From contig JAABQQ010000238.1 in the NCBI GenBank assembly GCA_011391405.1, forward strand, positions 5,285 through 69,284: 64,000 nucleotides of DNA, written 5' to 3'. Below the pieces are notes generated by a model, which worked only from the letters and a program-made list of their open reading frames with translations, searched no databases and had not been told where the DNA came from. Within the stretch, counting starts at the first letter, position 1, and each line of letters opens with the position of its first letter. This document shows, in pieces, positions 58,883 through 64,000 of this stretch. This DNA comes from Gammaproteobacteria bacterium. GTDB taxonomy: Bacteria; Pseudomonadota; Gammaproteobacteria; Steroidobacterales; Steroidobacteraceae. The position numbers and the translations under genes are program-made.

Positions 58883-59746
58883 ATGACGGCCAGGAAGACA
58901 GTGAAAGCCAGGAAGACAATCAAGTCCCGCAAGGCCACGAAATCCCGCAAGGCCAGGACAACCACGCCGGCCGGTTCAGTGGTGGCACTGTCGAACGAAC
59001 AAGTGACCAGGGTGCTCAAGCTCCTCAAAGGGGCGAACAGCGTCGAACTGAAGTTCGTCGTGCCGGCCACAGGCCATCGTGCGACGATCGCTGGCATCGG
59101 ACTGGATCCGGTCGAGGCGCAGCCGCGGCAGGCCTTTTTCTTCGATACTCCCGGCCTGGACCTGAACAAGGCTGGACTGATTGTCCGAGCCCGGCGCATC
59201 CAGGGTGGGCGTGCCGATACCGTCGTGAAATTGCGACCGGTGGATCCAGCCACGATCGACCCAGGCCTTCGTCGCTCAGGCAGCTTCAAAGTCGAACTGG
59301 ACGCGATGCCGGGCGGATTCGTGTGCTCGGCGTCGCTGAAGGGAACCTGCACCGCCCAGGAAGTGCTGGACGTGACCACGGGCACCAAGCCGCTGCGGTC
59401 ACTGTTCTCCAAAGAGCAGCTGGCGTTCTACGATGCACACGCTCCTGCGGGCATCGGGATGGACTCGCTGGTCACGCTGGGCCCAACCTTTTTGCTCAAG
59501 GCCAAGCACAACCCGAAGAACTTCGACCGCCGCGTCATCGTGGAAATGTGGCTGTATCCCGATGGCTCTCGGATCCTCGAGGTTTCGACCAAGTCCCTGC
59601 CGGAAGAAGGCTTCCAGGTCGCCGCCGCGTTCAAAGCTTATCTGGCCGAAAGTGGAATCACGCTGACCGTCAGCGGGGAAACGAAAACGAAGGCGGCAAT
59701 GGAGTTCTTCGCGCGCAGACTCAAGGCGGAGCGGGTGACCCGTTGA
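58883..59746 (+). CDS. CYTH-like domain protein with a lysine/arginine hexapeptide-repeat N-terminal tail
   Basis: The tail is ARKTVK-ARKTIK-SRKATK-SRKART. Strand motifs VELKF, IVRARR, VVKLR, KVELD, IVEMW and ILEVSTK resemble the TTM/CYTH tunnel pattern. GGAG SD. Confidence 0.55.
   Translation: MTARKTVKARKTIKSRKATKSRKARTTTPAGSVVALSNEQVTRVLKLLKGANSVELKFVVPATGHRATIAGIGLDPVEAQPRQAFFFDTPGLDLNKAGLIVRARRIQGGRADTVVKLRPVDPATIDPGLRRSGSFKVELDAMPGGFVCSASLKGTCTAQEVLDVTTGTKPLRSLFSKEQLAFYDAHAPAGIGMDSLVTLGPTFLLKAKHNPKNFDRRVIVEMWLYPDGSRILEVSTKSLPEEGFQVAAAFKAYLAESGITLTVSGETKTKAAMEFFARRLKAERVTR
58889..58960 (+). repeat. 4 x 18-bp tandem coding repeat (hexapeptide repeats)
   Basis: GCCAGGAAGACAGTGAAA / GCCAGGAAGACAATCAAG / TCCCGCAAGGCCACGAAA / TCCCGCAAGGCCAGGACA. 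Confidence 0.85.
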
Positions 59747-59937
59747 TCGGCGGCAACACCATGGCGACAACGGTTCGGCAGGTCACGATCCTTGCTTAAT
59801 TGGAAGTGAATAATTACTCCGCTGACGAGTCAATAGCCAGATAACTGTCAGTACTTGATTGACAATCGTTCGACACGGACAGAGCCGGCGCGGTTGCTAT
59901 ACTGCCGCTCTTTGCGCGAGCAGTGAGCCTCCTCCCC

Positions 59938-60948
59938 ATGCCCAAAGTGGCCCAGCCTCCCCGCACCTTCCAGGACCTCCTGCTCACGCTGCAACGCTAT
60001 TGGGCCGAGCGGGGTTGCGTGATCCTGCAGCCCTACGACATGGAGGTCGGTGCGGGTACTTTCCACACCGCCACCTTCCTGCGTGCGGTCGGACCCGAGC
60101 CCTGGAGCGCCGCGTACGTGCAGCCCTCGCGCCGGCCGACCGACGGCCGCTACGGCGACAACCCGTTCCGGCTGCAGCACTACTACCAGTACCAGGTGGC
60201 GATCAAACCGTCGCCGCCGGACATGATCGAGCTGTACCTCGGTTCGCTGCGCGCCGTCGGCATCGACCCGCTCGTGCACGACGTCCGGCTGGTCGAAGAC
60301 AACTGGGAATCGCCAACGCTCGGCGCCTGGGGCCTCGGCTGGGAGATCTGGCTGAACGGCATGGAGGTCACGCAGTTCACGTACTTCCAGCAGGTGGGTG
60401 GCCTCGACTGCCGGCCCGTCATGGGCGAGATCACCTACGGCCTCGAGCGGCTCGCGATGTACCTGCAGGGTGTCGAGAGCGTGTTCGATCTGGTCTGGAC
60501 CGACGGGCCGCTCGGCCGCGTCACGTACGGCGACGTCTACCACCAGAACGAGGTCGAGCAGTCGAAGTACAACTTCGAATACGCGGACGTCGACGAGCTG
60601 TTCCGGCAGTTCGACGCTCATGAAAAAGAGTGCCTGCGGATGCTCGAGGTCAAGCTAGCGCTGCCGGCCTACGAGCGCATGCTCAAGACCTCGCACACGT
60701 TCAACTTGCTCGACGCGCGCAAGGCGATCTCGGTGACCGAGCGTCAGCGTTACATCCTGCGAGTGCGCACGCTGGCCCGCGGTGTGGCCGAGGCGTACTA
60801 CGCCAGCCGCGAGGCGCTCGGGTTCCCGATGCTGCAAAATAGGGGAGCCTCCCCTATTTTGCATGTCGATCCGCCGCTGCCGGAGAGGGGAGCCTCCCCA
60901 ATTTCCAATGGAAATTGGGGAGGCTCCCCTACCGGAGGCCTGGCATGA
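59938..60948 (+). CDS. glyQ: Glycine--tRNA ligase alpha subunit, with a repeat-encoded C-terminal extension
   Basis: [18 protein letters not shown]..., [17 protein letters not shown] and [10 protein letters not shown] motifs. Start is either the ATG at 59938 or the GTG at 59923. The conserved end EALGFPM is followed by 38 extra residues. Confidence 0.92.
   Translation: MPKVAQPPRTFQDLLLTLQRYWAERGCVILQPYDMEVGAGTFHTATFLRAVGPEPWSAAYVQPSRRPTDGRYGDNPFRLQHYYQYQVAIKPSPPDMIELYLGSLRAVGIDPLVHDVRLVEDNWESPTLGAWGLGWEIWLNGMEVTQFTYFQQVGGLDCRPVMGEITYGLERLAMYLQGVESVFDLVWTDGPLGRVTYGDVYHQNEVEQSKYNFEYADVDELFRQFDAHEKECLRMLEVKLALPAYERMLKTSHTFNLLDARKAISVTERQRYILRVRTLARGVAEAYYASREALGFPMLQNRGASPILHVDPPLPERGASPISNGNWGGSPTGGLA
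60834..60862. repeat. REP-like hairpin inside the glyQ 3' end
   Basis: GCAAAATAGGGGA-GCC-TCCCCTATTTTGC (13-bp stem, 3-nt loop). Confidence 0.85.
60886..60929. repeat. 44-bp perfect palindrome, each arm containing a GGGGA-GCC-TCCCC mini-hairpin, inside the glyQ 3' end
   Basis: A-GGGGAGCCTCCCCAATTTCCA|TGGAAATTGGGGAGGCTCCCC-T. Confidence 0.85.
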
Positions 60949-63074
60949 GCGCCTCCCGCGATTTCCTGGTCGAGATCGGCACCGAAGAGTTGCCGCCCAA
61001 GTCGCTGCTCAACCTGAGCGCAGCGTTTGCCGAAGGGGTGGCCAAGGGACTCAAGGACGACGGCATCGCTTACAAGTCGCTTGAGGCATTCGCGACCCCG
61101 CGCCGGCTGGCCGTGCGCGTCAGGAAACTGATCGAACAACAGCCGGACCGTCCGCTCGAAAAGCGCGGCCCGCCCGTGAAAGCCGCTTTTGATGTGAACG
61201 GTGCTCCAACGCAGGCAGCCGTTGCTTTTGCGCGTGGCTGCGGCGTCGACGTCTCGGCGCTCGAGAAGATCGAGACGCCCAAGGGTGAGTGGCTCGTCTT
61301 CCGTGGCACCGAGACGGGTGCGCGCACCGTGAACCTGCTCCCCGCCATCGTCACGGCATCGCTCGATGCGTTGCCGATCGCCAAACGCATGCGCTGGGGC
61401 GCCGGCGAAGCACTGTTCGTGCGCCCGGTGCACTGGGTGCTGATGCTGTGGGGCAACGATGTAGTAGAGACGGAGATCCTCGGCCAGAAGGCAGGCAACG
61501 TCACCTACGGTCACCGCTTCATGGCACCGAAGGCGCTCCGGGTCTCGAGCCCGGCATCCTACGTTGGTACTCTGCTCAAGCGCGGCAAAGTCATGGCCGA
61601 CGTGAATGCACGCCGCGACAGCATTCGAGCCGGCGTCACCGCCGTCGCCGAGAAGCTGGATGGCATCGCCGTCATCGACGGCGCGCTGCTCGACGAGGTC
61701 ACGGGCCTGGTCGAATGGCCGGTCCCGCTGGCGGGACGATTCGACCCGCAATTCCTCGAACTGCCGGCCGAAGTGCTGATCGCCACGATGCAGGAGCACC
61801 AGCGGTATTTCCCTGTGCGCGATGCGCAGGGAAAGCTGATGCCCTGGTTCATCACGGTTTCCAACATCGAGAGCCGTGACCCGTCACAGGTGATCGCCGG
61901 CAACGAGCGAGTCGTGCGCCCGCGCCTGACCGATGCTGCGTTCTTTTACAAGACCGATCGCCAGCACCCGCTCGAGACGCAAGTGGATGCGCTCAAGCGC
62001 GTGACCTTCCAGACGCAGCTCGGCTCGCAGCACGACAAGTCGGAGCGCGTGCGCGCCCTGGTGAAATCGATTGCTGCGACCATCGGCGGCGACCCGGCCC
62101 TGGCCGATCGTGCCGCAGTGCTCAGCAAGTGCGACCTGCTCACCCACATGGTGGGGGAGTTCCCTGAACTGCAGGGCCTGATGGGCAGGTATTACGCGTT
62201 GCACGATCACGAACCGGCCGACGTCGCCGAGGCGCTGCGCGAGCAGTACCTGCCCCGCTTTGCGGGCGATGCCTTGCCGGTCACGCGCACGGGCATGGCG
62301 CTCTCGATTGCGGACAAGCTCGACACGATTGCGGGCATCTACGCAACGGGCCAGAAGCCGACCGGCACGCGCGATCCGTTCGGCCTGCGCCGTGCGGCAC
62401 TCGGCCTGTTGCGCACGTCGATCGAGCACGGGCTCGACCTCGACCTGCAGCAGCTGATCGGTCAGGCCGTCGCCGCCGCGCGAGACGACATGGCGCGCGT
62501 CGCGACCGGGCAGGGCAAGTCGTTGGGCGCGATCGATGCTGAAAAGCTTGCGGTCGAGGTCTACGACTACGTGCTCGAACGCCTGCGTGCGTATTACGTG
62601 GAAGGAACCGCCGATATCACTGTTTCGGTCGAAGCGTTCGACGCCGTGCTGGCGACTCGCCCCGCGTCGGCGCTCGATTTCGATGCCCGGCTGCGCGCAC
62701 TGGTGCGGTTCCTGCAGTTGCCGGACGCAGCCAGCCTCGCGGCGGCCAACAAGCGCATTGCCAACATCCTGAAAAAGGTGGCGGAGCCCGTGGGCGAAAC
62801 GGTCAATGAATCGCAGCTCATCGACCCCGCGGAGCAAGTGCTGGCCGAGCAGGTGGTGGCGATTGCGCGCGAGGTCGAGCCGATGTTCGCGGCACGCGAC
62901 TACGCCCCTGCGCTGCAGCAGCTCGCGGCCTTGCGCAAGGCGGTCGATGATTTCTTCGACTCCGTGATGGTCAATGCGGACGATCCGGCCCTGCGTGCGA
63001 ACCGACTGGCGTTGCTGAATCGCATGCGCGGTTTGTTCATGCGGGTGGCCGACCTGTCGCGGTTGCCGGGCTGA
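60945..63074 (+). CDS. glyS: Glycine--tRNA ligase beta subunit
   Basis: [20 protein letters not shown]-terminus, and RFAPSPTG-type and anticodon-binding regions. ATGA overlap with the glyQ stop. Confidence 0.93.
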   Translation: MSASRDFLVEIGTEELPPKSLLNLSAAFAEGVAKGLKDDGIAYKSLEAFATPRRLAVRVRKLIEQQPDRPLEKRGPPVKAAFDVNGAPTQAAVAFARGCGVDVSALEKIETPKGEWLVFRGTETGARTVNLLPAIVTASLDALPIAKRMRWGAGEALFVRPVHWVLMLWGNDVVETEILGQKAGNVTYGHRFMAPKALRVSSPASYVGTLLKRGKVMADVNARRDSIRAGVTAVAEKLDGIAVIDGALLDEVTGLVEWPVPLAGRFDPQFLELPAEVLIATMQEHQRYFPVRDAQGKLMPWFITVSNIESRDPSQVIAGNERVVRPRLTDAAFFYKTDRQHPLETQVDALKRVTFQTQLGSQHDKSERVRALVKSIAATIGGDPALADRAAVLSKCDLLTHMVGEFPELQGLMGRYYALHDHEPADVAEALREQYLPRFAGDALPVTRTGMALSIADKLDTIAGIYATGQKPTGTRDPFGLRRAALGLLRTSIEHGLDLDLQQLIGQAVAAARDDMARVATGQGKSLGAIDAEKLAVEVYDYVLERLRAYYVEGTADITVSVEAFDAVLATRPASALDFDARLRALVRFLQLPDAASLAAANKRIANILKKVAEPVGETVNESQLIDPAEQVLAEQVVAIAREVEPMFAARDYAPALQQLAALRKAVDDFFDSVMVNADDPALRANRLALLNRMRGLFMRVADLSRLPG

Positions 63075-63079
63075 GACAG

Positions 63080-63817
63080 ATGCTGCAGTGGCTCCGCTCG
63101 GTGATCTACACCGTGCTGTTGTTCCTGGGCACGGGGTTTTTCGGTGTCATCGTGCTGCTGTCGGCGCTGCTGCCGCTCAGCATCGAGCAGCGTTACGTGA
63201 TCCCGCGGGCCTGGGGCCTGTCCCTGACGTGGCTGGCCAAAGTCGTTTGCGGCCTGGGGTACGTCATCGAAGGGCAGGAGAACCTGCCGTCGCGCCCGTT
63301 CATCTCCCTGTGGAAACATTCGTCGGTGTGGGAAACGCTGGCACAGATGTTTGTCGTGCCGCCGGCTTCCTGGTCCCTCAAGCGTGAGGTCATCTGGATC
63401 CCGATCGTTGGCTGGGCAGTGAGCACCTTCAAGCCGATCGCCATCAATCGCCGGGCGGGTCACTCCGCCGTCAACCAGGTCGTGCAGCAGGGACGTGAAC
63501 GGCTGGCTGCAGGCATGGGTGTAATCGTGTATCCCGAGGGGACGCGCGTTGCGCCGGGGCAGACGCGGAAGTACGGCATCAGCGGTGCCTTGCTGGCCTG
63601 CGATACCGGCGCACCGGTGGTGCCGATCGCGCACAACTCCGGGTATTTCTGGCGCCGACGCAGCCTGCTGAAGAAGGCCGGCACGATCCGCGTCGTGATC
63701 GGCCCACCGATCGACCCGACCGGGCTGACGCCCCGCGAAGTGAACGAGCGCGCACAGCAGTGGATCGAGGCGAAGGTCGCCGAGATCGTGGCGCAGCCGG
63801 GCGGCCAGCCGCGCTGA
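63080..63817 (+). CDS. plsC: Lysophospholipid (1-acyl-sn-glycerol-3-phosphate) acyltransferase
   Basis: N-terminal TM segment, the H-box region WKHSSVWET and the VYPEGTR motif. Confidence 0.75.
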   Translation: MLQWLRSVIYTVLLFLGTGFFGVIVLLSALLPLSIEQRYVIPRAWGLSLTWLAKVVCGLGYVIEGQENLPSRPFISLWKHSSVWETLAQMFVVPPASWSLKREVIWIPIVGWAVSTFKPIAINRRAGHSAVNQVVQQGRERLAAGMGVIVYPEGTRVAPGQTRKYGISGALLACDTGAPVVPIAHNSGYFWRRRSLLKKAGTIRVVIGPPIDPTGLTPREVNERAQQWIEAKVAEIVAQPGGQPR

Positions 63818-63878
63818 GCGCTCGACCCTTGCGCTGCTGACTCAGTTTACGCCAGACGTCATCGACGTGGCCGCATGG

Positions 63879-64000
63879 TCAAGGTGCAGGCAGTTCGAGC
63901 CGGAGTTCCCCACCGGACACCGTGCCGCGCGGCTGCCAACCCAGCGCGAGGTAAAAACGTTCGGCGCGTGTACCCGGGCTCGTCGTCAGCCACAGGCGCG
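63879..64000 (-). CDS. GNAT-family N-acetyltransferase, C-terminal fragment (5' end outside the window)
   Basis: The minus-strand frame reads ...RLWLTTSPGTRAERFYLALGWQPRGTVSGGELRLELPAP*. The A--FY---G(W/F) pattern is typical of the GNAT C-terminus. Confidence 0.5.
   Translation of the reverse strand, partial: RLWLTTSPGTRAERFYLALGWQPRGTVSGGELRLELPAP

Noticed and set aside
59800-59922. AT-rich spacer upstream of glyQ with a nested inverted repeat GTCAAT-N23-ATTGAC, a TTGACA hexamer and a TATACT hexamer.
   Set aside because: TTGACA and TATACT are 33 nt apart, which is too far for one sigma70 promoter. The inverted repeat is short. It is probably the glyQS promoter region, but I cannot assign boxes or an operator with confidence, and there is no T-box-like structure.

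Overview
High-GC (about two-thirds G+C by eye) proteobacterial chromosomal segment. Gene content and order (glnA-ntrBC, tatABC, trkAH, grxC-secB-gpsA, glyQS) suggest a gammaproteobacterium of the Xanthomonadales/Nevskiales type; that assignment is inference only. I support about 55 protein genes. I found no rRNA, tRNA, CRISPR array, intact IS or prophage. Most of the window is core housekeeping: uvrD, trkA/trkH, mrcB, dtd, tatABC, tonB-exbBD, envC-like, rhodanese-grxC-secB-gpsA, trmL, glnA-ntrB-ntrC, glyQS and plsC. Several modules deserve a second look. (1) A 1.1-kb non-coding gap between the convergent pyrD-like and ntrC genes holds two diverged, oppositely oriented copies of a ~220-bp highly structured element, and every substitution in its long closing stem is compensated. 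(2) Nested REP-like palindromes built on a GGGGA-GCC-TCCCC module are translated as a ~38-aa C-terminal extension of glyQ, and a related 53-bp perfect palindrome sits after a POT transporter gene. (3) A translationally coupled operon encodes cytochrome c5, a Tat-signal VAO/ALO-type flavoenzyme and a Tat-signal PLP (alanine-racemase-fold) enzyme. (4) A peptide-scavenging supercluster contains three POT paralogs, a periplasmic amidohydrolase, a GntR regulator and an ACE-like M2 peptidase, followed by tonB-exbBD and an OPT transporter. (5) Two genes have conserved N-termini that are encoded only upstream of the first canonical start codon, with well-placed SD sequences in front of ATT and ATC. 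(6) A SulP / CYTH-Ppx/GppA / lysine-repeat CYTH-like trio. (7) A DUF3300/DUF2950 lipoprotein pair with a long prion-like low-complexity tail. (8) A ParE/RelE-like toxin relic. All family calls come from motif recognition in the supplied translations; no database search was run.
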